A stretch of 64,000 nucleotides of DNA from NCBI GenBank assembly GCA_036507195.1, contig DASXQM010000273.1, positions 1,055 to 65,054 of the forward strand. Direction: 5' to 3'. The notes beneath the pieces were generated by a model. That model worked only from the letters and a program-made list of their open reading frames with translations, did not search any database and was not told the DNA's origin. This DNA is from Pyrinomonadaceae bacterium (lineage in GTDB: Bacteria > Acidobacteriota > Blastocatellia > Pyrinomonadales > Pyrinomonadaceae). Positions 46,968 through 56,732 of this stretch are shown one piece after another. The position numbers and the translations under genes are program-made. The number at the start of each line of letters is the position of its first letter. Position 1 is the stretch's first letter.

Positions 46968-48641
46968 ATGACTTTGACGAATCGCCATTCCCGCACGTTT
47001 TTATTCGCATTCATACTTATTGCTCTTCTTATTCTCCTTTCTCAAACTGTAGACGCCGCCAAGAAGCGCCACGATAACAATCGCGGGAAGACCTCCCGCC
47101 GCGGAGCAGTGCGCGCTGAAAAAGGAAGAAAACTTTCGGCTAGAGAACGTCGCTCGGCGAATCGTCGTGAGCGCCTTTCCGCACGAGATTCCCGGCACGG
47201 CAGCAAGTCTCGTTTGTCACGAAGAGAATTGAGGCGCCAGAGCGCCAGGGAACAAAGTGCATCGCTAAAGGCGCTGGCGCGAAGATTGGGCCGGCCGCTG
47301 ACTAAACGCGAGGCCCGACGTCTCCAGTCGCAACGCCGGCGCGAAATTCTCGAAGCCAGGCGCCGCGCCGAGGCCGCTCGCCGGGCTGCCATTGCTCGCC
47401 AGCGAGCGCTCGACAAAGCTCTTCGCGACGAAGTCCAGGGCATGATCGCGAGAGACAATACTGCCGGTGAAGACCCGCAGGTTCGTCGGGTAGCAATCAA
47501 CGCGCTGGGCAACCACGCTGGAACAGTTGTGGTGATGGATCCAATGACTGGAAAGGTCTATTCCATAGTCAACCAGGAGTGGGCAGTGCGACGAGGCTTC
47601 AAACCTTGCTCAACGATTAAGCTGGTCACGGGTGTGGCCGGTCTTCAAGAGAACGTTATTCCGCCCGCTGAGTTAACCCTGGCGTCTGATCGTGGTCATA
47701 TGGATCTCACCTCAGCCCTTGCTCGCTCTGACAACGGATATTTTGAACGCGTGGGCAGCGGTCTTGGCTTTGACAAAATGATCCACTACGCGCGCGAAAT
47801 GGGTTTAGGTGAAAAAACCGGGGCGAATGTTCCTTTCGAATTTCAGGGACGCTTGCCGGAGATGGCACCTGGATTTACTCTTCGCCGGATGTTTTCCTAC
47901 GCAGATGGGTTCGAGGTCACGGCGTTGCAATTGGGTAATCTCGTTTCCGCGATGGCCAACGGCGGAAAGTTGCTTGTGCCGCAGATTCCAAATAGTGCGG
48001 ATGGTGTAAAGTTCAAGCCTAAGGTACGCCGCAATTTAGACATCGACGGTAATGTCTTGCAGCGGATGATCCCGGGAATGATCGGCGCAGTCAATTACGG
48101 CTCCGGAAGGAAGGCCTACGATCCGCTGCAGACAGTGGCGGGAAAGACTGGAACCTGTAACGGAGGCGGAGGAAGCTGGGTAGGCCTGTTCACTTCTTAT
48201 GCACCCCTGGCCAATCCAAGACTGGCAGTAGTGGTGATCACTCGCGGCACTGACGCTCATCGTCATCTGCCTGCTGCAGTGGCCGGTCAAATCTATCGCG
48301 ATCTGCATCAACGCTTCGGCACTCCCACCAACCTGCAGATTGCCCCGACACTTGACGACGAGGAAAAGGAGATTGGCACCGGAGAAGGTGAGGACATGAT
48401 CGCTGATCAGAATGGCACGGATGCCGCGGGTGCTACCGATTCATCCGCCACCGCCACCGCTCCCCAAACTCATAAACTTCTACCCGAGACATTACCTGGC
48501 ACGGTCAAGCGAGTGATAATGCCCATCAACTCCCAGACTGAGAAGGCCGCGACACAGAGGTCTTCCGCGCCGGCGACTTCCGTGAAGGCACCCACACAGG
48601 CTGACACCAGACCGCGGCGAACTCAGGAAATACAGCCATAA
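46968..48641 (+). CDS. penicillin-binding transpeptidase-domain protein with Arg/Lys-rich N-terminal region
   Basis: Signal/TM segment, about 130 aa of R/K/S-rich sequence, TP motifs STIK, SDN and KTGT, and a low-complexity C-terminal tail. Confidence 0.8.
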   Translation: MTLTNRHSRTFLFAFILIALLILLSQTVDAAKKRHDNNRGKTSRRGAVRAEKGRKLSARERRSANRRERLSARDSRHGSKSRLSRRELRRQSAREQSASLKALARRLGRPLTKREARRLQSQRRREILEARRRAEAARRAAIARQRALDKALRDEVQGMIARDNTAGEDPQVRRVAINALGNHAGTVVVMDPMTGKVYSIVNQEWAVRRGFKPCSTIKLVTGVAGLQENVIPPAELTLASDRGHMDLTSALARSDNGYFERVGSGLGFDKMIHYAREMGLGEKTGANVPFEFQGRLPEMAPGFTLRRMFSYADGFEVTALQLGNLVSAMANGGKLLVPQIPNSADGVKFKPKVRRNLDIDGNVLQRMIPGMIGAVNYGSGRKAYDPLQTVAGKTGTCNGGGGSWVGLFTSYAPLANPRLAVVVITRGTDAHRHLPAAVAGQIYRDLHQRFGTPTNLQIAPTLDDEEKEIGTGEGEDMIADQNGTDAAGATDSSATATAPQTHKLLPETLPGTVKRVIMPINSQTEKAATQRSSAPATSVKAPTQADTRPRRTQEIQP

Positions 48642-48672
48642 TTTGCAAGGGAGTTGTAATCCCTGGGAAACC

Positions 48673-48725
48673 AATCTGCGCCGGAGCCTCGTAAACTGTA
48701 ACGAGATCCGGCGCAGATTCTTTTG
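48673..48725 (+). terminator. intrinsic terminator
   Basis: 13-bp stem aatctgcgccgga/tccggcgcagatt, with inner ctcgt/acgag pairing, followed by cttttg. Lies 32 nt after the PBP stop. Confidence 0.65.
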
Positions 48726-48991
48726 GGGGAACTTTTTCTCTCACTTGTGGAGCGTTCTTGCTTGACAGGATTGTGAGAGTTGCAGGAATATTGCGGGCGT
48801 TCTTTTTGGCGTGATTTCAACTGGACAAAACTGTGGTTCTCTCCTAGCCGCCGCAGAACGGCACCGCAGATCGGCAACTGGTCTTTGTAAGTCCGCATCT
48901 TAGTGTGTCGCCTATTGCGACGCCGGCAAGCCAAAGTTGGCCCCCGCAAGGAATAGTTATAAGGGAGAACTTGGAGGTTCTGAACAAACTA

Positions 48992-50194
48992 ATGAAAAAG
49001 ATTATTCGGATATTGGCAATTTACGCGACCCTGGGGCTGATGGCACCGTTCGCACAGGTTACTCAACTTCAGGCGCAAACGCCTACACCATCGCCAGCCG
49101 CAGCGCAAGGCCAGTGCACCGATGAAAGCAAAGCTGCCTGGTATGCCGACTTCACTAAATATCGGACCACGGAACCACCGAAAGCTTATGACGCAGCCAA
49201 GAAGTATTTAGGAGCGTGCTCGACAGAGGAAGGCCCAATACCCTCCTATCTTAAAAAGTGGGTTATTGCTTACGATAAGGAAAATCGTAAGATCAGGCTA
49301 ACGAACCTTTTTGTTGACCAGAGAAAATATGCCGAGGCCTTAGCTCTTGCCAAAGAAATCCTGGCAGACGAGCCGGATAATATTGCAGCTCTTATAGCTC
49401 TCGGCTATGGCGGTTATGTCCTGGCTGTAACTACAAAGAACGAATCCGGGAATGCCGAAGCGATTAATTACGCGAAGAAGGCGATTCAAGCTATTGAGTC
49501 GGGCAAAGCACCTGAGAACTGGGCTCCGTTCAAATCGAAGGACGACGCGCTAGGTTACCTTTACTATTCGGTAGGGTACCTTGAGCGCACCAGCAATCCT
49601 ACTGAAGCACTCACTTACTTTATCAAGGCAGCGCAGTTCGACAGTGAGATCAAAAAGAATCCGCAGACCTATGTTTTCATTGCCGCGGCCTATGAAAACG
49701 AGTATGCCAAGCAATCGGCCGACTATCAGAAGAATTTCTCGGGCAAGGATGAAACTCCGGAAAGCAAGCTCGCAGTAGCGAATATCAACCAGCTTGTAGA
49801 CCGAATCATCGACGCGCTTGCTCGGGCTGTCGCCGTCGCGGGTACCGATGCCGCTGCGCAGCAGTTAAAGGCTCAATGGCTCACGCGACTGACGGAACTT
49901 TATAAGTTTCGCCACGACAAGTCGGAAGCCGGTCTGAACGAGCTGATCGCCAGCGTAATGTCGAAGCCATTGCCTCCGGTGCCGACGCCGATTACGACGC
50001 TGCCGGCCACTCCCGCAACGACAACCACGCCGGCGACTGGAAGCATGAGTAATAGCGGGTCAACTGCCGCGCCAGGAGCAGCGGTGCCTGCGCCGGACAA
50101 AACCCCGGCTCCCGCGGCGGCATCCACGGCGACGACCACTAGCCCGAAGGCTCCAGTTAAACCGAAAACGCGAAACAATCATCGACGTAACTAA
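48992..50194 (+). CDS. secreted TPR-like protein with Pro/Thr/Ala-rich C-terminal tail
   Basis: ATG 48992 (MKKIIRILAIY...) follows GGAGG. TPR-like helices (YAEALALAKEILADEPDNIAALIALG). Confidence 0.55.
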   Translation: MKKIIRILAIYATLGLMAPFAQVTQLQAQTPTPSPAAAQGQCTDESKAAWYADFTKYRTTEPPKAYDAAKKYLGACSTEEGPIPSYLKKWVIAYDKENRKIRLTNLFVDQRKYAEALALAKEILADEPDNIAALIALGYGGYVLAVTTKNESGNAEAINYAKKAIQAIESGKAPENWAPFKSKDDALGYLYYSVGYLERTSNPTEALTYFIKAAQFDSEIKKNPQTYVFIAAAYENEYAKQSADYQKNFSGKDETPESKLAVANINQLVDRIIDALARAVAVAGTDAAAQQLKAQWLTRLTELYKFRHDKSEAGLNELIASVMSKPLPPVPTPITTLPATPATTTTPATGSMSNSGSTAAPGAAVPAPDKTPAPAAASTATTTSPKAPVKPKTRNNHRRN

Positions 50195-50239
50195 AACTAA
50201 ACCAGCTCTTAAGGGCTCTTCATTTCACAGCCGGAAGCT

Positions 50240-51031
50240 TTGTCACTTGAGTTCGACGACGCTTCCGGCTTTGTTACAAGTAAACTTATCTTGAAGAAAA
50301 AGGGAATTACACTTCCGGATCTTGATCTTCTGGAAACCACCCTCGCGTACAAGTTTCAAAATCGTGCCTTGCTCGAGCGGGCGGTCACGCACCGCTCATG
50401 GGCCCACGAACAGGTGGCGCCGGGAGCGGAAGATCAGGCGCGCCAGCTTCATAACGAAGCCCTGGAATTCCTCGGTGATTCCGTGTTGGGCCTGGTTGTA
50501 GCTGACTACCTTTGCAAGGCCTATCCGGCCGGTACCGAAGGTGAACTCTCTCGTATGAAGCATCGGTTGGTTAGCGCCCCGACGTTGGCGGAAGCTTCGC
50601 TGCGCTTAAACCTGGGCGACTTTCTACGCTTCGGGCGCGGAGAAGAGAAGAGTGGAGGCCGGCGGAAGGATGCGTTGTTGGCTGACGTGTTGGAGGCGCT
50701 GGCCGGTGCGATGTTTGTCGATGGCGGGCTGTCCGCGGCCACTGCGTTTGTACAGCATGCGCTCGGCGAAGAGTTACAGAAGGTCACTCCAAGTGCAGCG
50801 GCGGAAGCTGACTACAAAACGATGCTCCAGGAAAAACTCCAGGCAGAGCGACGGCCGGCGCCAAAATATTCTGTAGTCGAGGCAGTTGGGCCGCCACATC
50901 GCCGCACCTTCCATGTTGAAGTGAGTTGGGACAACGGCAGCGTGCGGGCACAAGGGCGATCAAAAAAGACAGCGGAAGCGGCTGCGGCCAAAGAGGCCCT
51001 CGCTTTCATTAGGACGGGGCAGGAGGCGTGA
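50240..51031 (+). CDS. rnc: ribonuclease III
   Basis: THRSWAHE, signature NEALEFLGDSVLG, and a C-terminal dsRBD (DYKTMLQE...GRSKKTAEAAAAKEAL). Exact start uncertain (TTG 50240 or 50291). Confidence 0.9.
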   Translation: MSLEFDDASGFVTSKLILKKKGITLPDLDLLETTLAYKFQNRALLERAVTHRSWAHEQVAPGAEDQARQLHNEALEFLGDSVLGLVVADYLCKAYPAGTEGELSRMKHRLVSAPTLAEASLRLNLGDFLRFGRGEEKSGGRRKDALLADVLEALAGAMFVDGGLSAATAFVQHALGEELQKVTPSAAAEADYKTMLQEKLQAERRPAPKYSVVEAVGPPHRRTFHVEVSWDNGSVRAQGRSKKTAEAAAAKEALAFIRTGQEA

Positions 51032-51195
51032 CACTGGCCACCACAGCTTTGCAAAGCTGGCTTTGTTCCGGGTTCAGACGGCACCCTGGTCGCTGCCACT
51101 ATCGCACCGGGGCTGATCAGCTGGGGACAACGGTCTGCTCCGGGTTCTGTCAAACAACTGAACTTGACCGTGGCAACGAAGGTATCTAGGATGAT

Positions 51196-52128
51196 TTGAA
51201 GATGATAAGCAATCCCAGCGGACCAACTTCAACCAGCGTCTCGGAAACAAAAGTGGAACCGAAGACGTCTGCCTTTTCCCGAGTCTTTAATCGCAACGGA
51301 CACGACGGGTCCTCGGAGCCGGAGACAAAACCAAAGGGTCCGCCAAAGTCCGTTTGGCGTGAGTATTTTGAGTCGGCTGTGGTTACCGTAATCATGGCCC
51401 TGTTTGGCATGACCTTCATCGTCCAGGCCGTGAAGGTGCCGACGGGTTCGATGCAGAATACGATCATGATTGGGGATCATCTTTTAGTTAACAAATTCAT
51501 TTTCGCCCCTGGCGCGTCTGCACCCTTTTTGCCACAGCGCGAGATCAAGCGTGGCGATATTATAGTTTTCAAGTATCCAGGCAATCCTTATAACCCCAGG
51601 AGTGACGATCGGCCCGACAATAAGCCAATAACAACCAACTACGTTAAGCGAGTTATTGGGCTGCCCGGCGATCGCATCAGGATTGAGGGCCGTAATGTCA
51701 TCGTCAATGGGCATCCTTTACCGGAGCACCAAATCGAGGCCGAAGATAAGGGTGACAACAAGTCTCCGCTTGACCCTAAAAACGATCCTCCCCGTGCGCC
51801 GGGCGAAAGTTACAACGTCTACTACCACCCCGGCTCGGGCGCTGAACAAAGTAGTGAAGACTATGATGCCTTCAGGAAAGAAGGGAACGGACATGAACTG
51901 GTTGTGCCCCAGAATAAGTACTTTGTAATGGGTGATAATCGTGAAAATAGCGAAGACAGCCGCTACTGGGGCTTTGTACCGCGCGATCTGGTGATTGGCC
52001 GGGCAATGTTTGTCTACTGGTCATACGACGAAAGTGCTGAGCACAGTGATGGCCCGTTTCCCTTCAACGTCATTTCGGATTTCATCAATAACACTCGTTG
52101 GACCCGTACCGGCACGCTGGTAAAGTGA
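51196..52128 (+). CDS. lepB: signal peptidase I
   Basis: Catalytic Ser box PTGSMQNT, Lys box GDHLLVNK and GDNRENSEDSRYWGFVP. Confidence 0.9.
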   Translation: MKMISNPSGPTSTSVSETKVEPKTSAFSRVFNRNGHDGSSEPETKPKGPPKSVWREYFESAVVTVIMALFGMTFIVQAVKVPTGSMQNTIMIGDHLLVNKFIFAPGASAPFLPQREIKRGDIIVFKYPGNPYNPRSDDRPDNKPITTNYVKRVIGLPGDRIRIEGRNVIVNGHPLPEHQIEAEDKGDNKSPLDPKNDPPRAPGESYNVYYHPGSGAEQSSEDYDAFRKEGNGHELVVPQNKYFVMGDNRENSEDSRYWGFVPRDLVIGRAMFVYWSYDESAEHSDGPFPFNVISDFINNTRWTRTGTLVK

Positions 52129-52303
52129 TTCGTCCTGCACGTGCTGTTGCTCGCGAACAACCTGGTCACTAAGACTCCCGGTTCGACAGGAATTCCCCAC
52201 TTGACCCTCTTGCAGAGGGCGTATTGTCTCAATCCGCGACGTGCTAGAATCCGGCCACTTCGGAAGTGAGTCGTTCTTCAATGCAGTCAAGAGGGTTTTT
52301 GTT

Positions 52304-53137
52304 TTGAACTGGAAAGCTGTTGCCGGCTGGCTCGTCCTGCTTTCATTTATTCTGCTCCCGATGCCGTGGCCTGTGAACGCGCAAAAGAAGCAAGTTGCCG
52401 CGAAAACTGCAACCGCAAAACCAAATACGGATCAGTCCAGGATTAATCAGAAAAAGTCGTCTCAGAAAAAGGCTGTGGGGCGGTCTGCGAATGAGCTGGC
52501 AAAACTCCGAGAGGAATTCATTGAGGCCACTAATGATTACAAAGCCAGTCTGGAAAAGTTGCGGGCCAGCTACGAAAAGAGTCTTGCCAAATCGGAGGCT
52601 GAACTAACTAAATCAAGCGAACTGTTCGCCGCAGGTTTGATCTCAAGGAAGGAGTTGGAAGCGGCCGAGGTCGCGGTTGCGCAAGAGAAAGATAGGGTGG
52701 CCGAAGTAAATCGACGGATGGCTACCGCCGATTCGCAGATTGCCGATACGCTGCTTGAGGCGGAAGCTGAAACAAAGCTGGCGAGGAGCAAGCCTTTGCC
52801 GAAGGGTGGCATGATAAGAACTGCTTCCCTCATTCGCTACAATGGGAGCGCCGTCTGGGCTTTGTCAGATGCCTGGAAAGTGCAGCGTTTCTTCCTTGAC
52901 GCATTTAAGAAGCCACTGCCCATCGCTGTTTTTGGCCAAGGCTCCATACACGATCGCTGGCACTTGGATCATCACAACGCAATGGATGTGTCTCTTCATC
53001 CTGATGGCCCGGAAGGACAGGCGTTGCTGGGCTTCCTGCGTGCCAACGGCATTCCTTTTCTGGCTTTTCGGGAAGCGATTCCAGGCACGGCCACCGGACC
53101 GCACATTCACGTCGGACGTCCCTCGCACAGATATTAG
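52304..53137 (+). CDS. secreted coiled-coil protein with C-terminal His-rich (possible LAS-type metallopeptidase-like) domain
   Basis: TTG 52304 follows AAGAGGG and gives the signal peptide LNWKAVAGWLVLLSFILLPMPWPVNA. Coiled-coil middle. C-terminal WHLDHHNAMDV...GPHIHVG. Confidence 0.45.
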   Translation: MNWKAVAGWLVLLSFILLPMPWPVNAQKKQVAAKTATAKPNTDQSRINQKKSSQKKAVGRSANELAKLREEFIEATNDYKASLEKLRASYEKSLAKSEAELTKSSELFAAGLISRKELEAAEVAVAQEKDRVAEVNRRMATADSQIADTLLEAEAETKLARSKPLPKGGMIRTASLIRYNGSAVWALSDAWKVQRFFLDAFKKPLPIAVFGQGSIHDRWHLDHHNAMDVSLHPDGPEGQALLGFLRANGIPFLAFREAIPGTATGPHIHVGRPSHRY

Positions 53138-53367
53138 GAGGGAACCAGATGTCCTAATTTGTAACGCAAACTGTTAGTTTGCGGTGATTGAATGGCATTC
53201 AACGAGCGCGCAAGCTAACAGCTTAAGTTACAAAAAAACAATTTAGGACACTACTGGGAACCAGACCTGATTGACAGGATTGACAGGACAGGCAGTCAGA
53301 GCGAACGCGCGAACTGAGTATCTTGTTAATCTGTAAATCGTGTCCAGTTTTCGCTTGACCGGGGACA

Positions 53368-54504
53368 GTGACAACCGGAGAACCAGTGTCTAAGCAAACA
53401 ATCGCAACCATTTTCGTAATCGCACTCTTGGCTTTCGCTGCAGTCTCGACAACCGCACAGGTGAACCAGTCTAAGTCACTGGATATTTCGCTAACTCCAT
53501 CCCAGGCGTCGCATTTCGCAGGCCTGGCACTGAAGTGTGTTGCCAGGGAATACCCAAATAAGCCAGAGCATGTATTGAATGATGCCGGCGACGTTCAAAG
53601 TCCGAAAGCGCTGCACCCCGCTTTCTATGGCTGCTACGATTGGCACTCATCCGTTCATGGCCACTGGATGCTGGTGCGTCTGCTCAGAATGTTTCCCAAC
53701 CTCCCGGAAGCGGAAGATATCCGTAAGGTCCTTGGCGCGAACTTGAGCGAAGAAAATATTCGGGTGGAGGTTGCTTACCTCAGAGAGAAGAACCGTCAGT
53801 CGTTTGAGCGAACCTACGGTTGGGCATGGCTGCTAAAACTTGCCGAAGAACTTTCCCGGTCCAATACAGCCGAAGCGAAGGTCTGGTCCCGCAATTTGCA
53901 ACCCCTCGTAGACGCGCTGGTTAGTTCGTACATTCTTTTTCTGCCTAAACAAACTTATCCGATTCGCACGGGCGTCCATCCCAACACCGCTTTCGGCCTG
54001 GCTTTCGCGTATGACTATGCAAAGACTGCAGGTAACGAAAAACTTGCGAGCCTGATTGCGGAGCGGGGCCGCACATATTTTGCAAAAGACACGAAGTACC
54101 CAGGCGCGTGGGAGCCGGGTGGCGAAGACTTCTTCTCACCGGCGCTACTGGAAGCCGATCTTATGCGGCGTGTGATGAGCGCGGCAGAGTTTCGCACCTG
54201 GTTTCACCGTTTTCTGCCTCAAGTCGCGGCGGGTGCCCCAAAGACATTATTTCATCCGGCAACCGTAACGGACCGCAGCGATCCCAAACTCGTCCATTTG
54301 GACGGACTCAATCTCAGCCGCGCCTGGTGTATGCGCAGCATTGCCAATGCATTGTCGGCGAAAGATCCGGCGCGAAAGGCCCTGGCAAACTCCGCGCGAC
54401 TGCACGCGAGCGACGCCCTGGCTCATGTGGCCAGCGGCGATTACGCGGGTGAACATTGGTTAGCCTCGTTCGCTATTTATTTGCTGTCGACGCCGGAGCC
54501 GTGA
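53368..54504 (+). CDS. DUF2891 family protein, secreted
   Basis: HPAFYGCYDWHSSVHGHWMLVRLL and the surrounding alpha-helical pattern match my recollection of DUF2891. Confidence 0.6.
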   Translation: MTTGEPVSKQTIATIFVIALLAFAAVSTTAQVNQSKSLDISLTPSQASHFAGLALKCVAREYPNKPEHVLNDAGDVQSPKALHPAFYGCYDWHSSVHGHWMLVRLLRMFPNLPEAEDIRKVLGANLSEENIRVEVAYLREKNRQSFERTYGWAWLLKLAEELSRSNTAEAKVWSRNLQPLVDALVSSYILFLPKQTYPIRTGVHPNTAFGLAFAYDYAKTAGNEKLASLIAERGRTYFAKDTKYPGAWEPGGEDFFSPALLEADLMRRVMSAAEFRTWFHRFLPQVAAGAPKTLFHPATVTDRSDPKLVHLDGLNLSRAWCMRSIANALSAKDPARKALANSARLHASDALAHVASGDYAGEHWLASFAIYLLSTPEP

Positions 54505-54511
54505 ATCACTA

Positions 54512-54775
54512 CAGAACCGGGAGCGGTAGCGACCGGATGCTGGATTCAACCTGGCAAGCGGAGCTTATGTCGCCGGGTTTGTAAAGAACGCGCTGACGTG
54601 AATGGCATTATCCGGTCGCTATGGCTCCCGGATCGGTATCGAGCGAGTAGCGACCGGATGCTGGATTCAACCTGGCAAGCGGAGCTTATGTCGCCGGGGT
54701 TGTAAAGAACGCGCTGACGTGAATGGCATTATCCGGTCGCTACGGCTCCCGGTTCTGTATCGAGCGAGTGCCGAG
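54512..54775. mobile_element. tandem pair (121-nt period) of MITE-like units with termini CAGAACCGGGAGCGGTAGCGACCGG / CCGGTCGCTACGGCTCCCGGTTCTG
   Basis: Units starting near 54526 and 54647 are almost identical (gtagcgaccggatgctggattcaacctggcaagcggagcttatgtcgccgg...gaatggcattatccggtcgcta). Each unit is bounded by inverted repeats. Confidence 0.75.
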
Positions 54776-54814
54776 GCTTGCAGGGAATCGACGGTTTACG
54801 ATTAAATTAACGCC

Positions 54815-55417
54815 ATGCTGAGAATAATTATCTCGGTGTGTGCCGCGGCTGCCATTTGTTTTGGCTGCTCAAAAAATTCCGGCACCGTCGGACCATCTAG
54901 CTCGGCCGCGCAATCTACCGGCTCTTCAGCGCGGTTGCAGAATACCGCTGGTGAATTGCGTTATCAGGTTCCTGAAGGTTGGACAACGGAGAAGCCGACT
55001 TCCGACATGCGTGTCGCGCAATACAAATTGCCAAGGGCCGAAGGGGACGCCGAAGACGCGCTTCTCATCATTTACTATTTCGGACAGGGACAAGGCGGTT
55101 CCGCACAAGCTAACATCGACCGCTGGATCAATCAGATAAAGCAGCCTGACGGACAGCCCTCCCAGGACAGGGCGAAGACCGATACGCTGACTGTTAATGG
55201 ACTGCAGGTTAATACAGTCGACGTGACGGGTAATTACTCCGGAGGAATGTCGCCGGACAGTGCCCCGGTAAATAACACATCGATTTACCGTCTGCGCGCC
55301 GCCGTCATCGACACGCCAAAAGGCTCCTACTTCGTGAAACTGACCGGCCCTGAAAAGACCGTTAACCATTGGGATCAGGCTTACACTGATTACCTCAAAT
55401 CCTTCCAGTTCAAGTAA
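54815..55417 (+). CDS. hypothetical lipoprotein
   Basis: Signal peptide with a lipobox-like FGC. No family recognised. Confidence 0.5.
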   Translation: MLRIIISVCAAAAICFGCSKNSGTVGPSSSAAQSTGSSARLQNTAGELRYQVPEGWTTEKPTSDMRVAQYKLPRAEGDAEDALLIIYYFGQGQGGSAQANIDRWINQIKQPDGQPSQDRAKTDTLTVNGLQVNTVDVTGNYSGGMSPDSAPVNNTSIYRLRAAVIDTPKGSYFVKLTGPEKTVNHWDQAYTDYLKSFQFK

Positions 55418-55488
55418 TTCCTCCCTCCGGTTGCCGTCCGGCAGATTTCGCTTGACACTATTTAGCAAAATAGCTAAATTATCAATAT

Positions 55489-55797
55489 ATGAAATCAGTC
55501 TCCAGAGTTTTCAAGGCGCTGGCTGACCCCACCAGACGCCAGATCCTGCAGGAGCTCAAGGAAGGTGAGCTCTCTGCCGGTGAAATCACCGCCAAGTTTC
55601 CTATCTCCGGCCCTTCGATTTCACGACATCTTTCCATCTTGAAGGGCGCTGATCTGGTCGCTGAACGCCGCGAGGGCAACAGAATTGTTTACCAGCTCGA
55701 GCCTGAGCAAGTTGCAGGAGTGGTCGGCGACTTCCTGAGTGCCGTCTGTCCGACACAGGTTTTGCGAAGCCGTAAACGCAAAAGGAGCAAGCGATGA
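55489..55797 (+). CDS. ArsR/SmtB family transcriptional regulator
   Basis: LADPTRRQILQEL...ELSAGEITAKFPISGPSISRHLSILKGADLV winged-HTH. Confidence 0.88.
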   Translation: MKSVSRVFKALADPTRRQILQELKEGELSAGEITAKFPISGPSISRHLSILKGADLVAERREGNRIVYQLEPEQVAGVVGDFLSAVCPTQVLRSRKRKRSKR

Positions 55798-56732
55798 AGA
55801 TAGCAATTACGGGTGGTACCGGGTTTATCGGGCGCCATCTTGCGCAACGCCTCGCGGCCGAGGGAGTTGAAGTGGTTCTCCTTGCTCGAAGCGATCGCGG
55901 AGAATTCAATGGCCGAGGGATGACGCTGGTCGCGAGCGATCTTTCCGACCCCGCTGTCTTGCGGAAGGCGTTCGCAGATTGCGATATGGTCGCGCACTGT
56001 GCCGGGATCAATCGTGAAATCGGACAACAGACTTACCATCGGGTGCATATTGAAGGGACCAGGAATGTGATTGACGCGGCGAGCCGGCAGCGAGTTAAGA
56101 AGATCGTATTGATGAGTTTTCTACGCGCGCGTCCAAACTGCGGGTCGGCCTATCACGAATCAAAGTGGGCGGCCGAGGAATTAATAAGAGCTTCAGGACT
56201 CGACTATACGATCATTCGAGCAAGCATGGTTTACGGTCGCGGCGATCATATGCTCGACCACTTGAGCCATGCCTTGCATACCTTTCCGTTGTTTGCCATG
56301 GTCGGCCTAAAGGAAAAGGGAATTCGCCCGCTCGCTATTGACGACCTGGTCGATGTGCTGCGAGCGGCTCTAGTTGAAGGTCGATTAACCAGAGAAACTG
56401 TAGCGGTAACCGGCGCCGAGGAGCTCTATCTTAGTGAGGCGGTGCGTCGTGTGGCGCGAGTGACTGGTAAGAAGGTCCGCATGGTACGCGCGCCAGTTTG
56501 GCTCCATTATGGCTTAGCGTATTTCTGGGAGTTGACTATGAAGACGCCGCTTGTTGCTCGCGCACAGGTGCGCATTCTTTCTGAAGGCGTCGTCGAATCG
56601 GTACTGCCTTGTGATCTTCTGCCGCACGACCTTTTACCCACGCGGCGATTCACTGATGACCAAATACTTAAGGGATTGCCGGTGGCGGGTGGCTTCACTT
56701 GGCGCGATCTGAGGTGTTGTGCCTACTCCTGA
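55794..56732 (+). CDS. NAD(P)-binding epimerase/dehydratase (NmrA/NDUFA9-like) family protein
   Basis: Rossmann motif ITGGTGFIGRHL and YxxxK (YHESKWAAE). Confidence 0.8.
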   Translation: MKIAITGGTGFIGRHLAQRLAAEGVEVVLLARSDRGEFNGRGMTLVASDLSDPAVLRKAFADCDMVAHCAGINREIGQQTYHRVHIEGTRNVIDAASRQRVKKIVLMSFLRARPNCGSAYHESKWAAEELIRASGLDYTIIRASMVYGRGDHMLDHLSHALHTFPLFAMVGLKEKGIRPLAIDDLVDVLRAALVEGRLTRETVAVTGAEELYLSEAVRRVARVTGKKVRMVRAPVWLHYGLAYFWELTMKTPLVARAQVRILSEGVVESVLPCDLLPHDLLPTRRFTDDQILKGLPVAGGFTWRDLRCCAYS

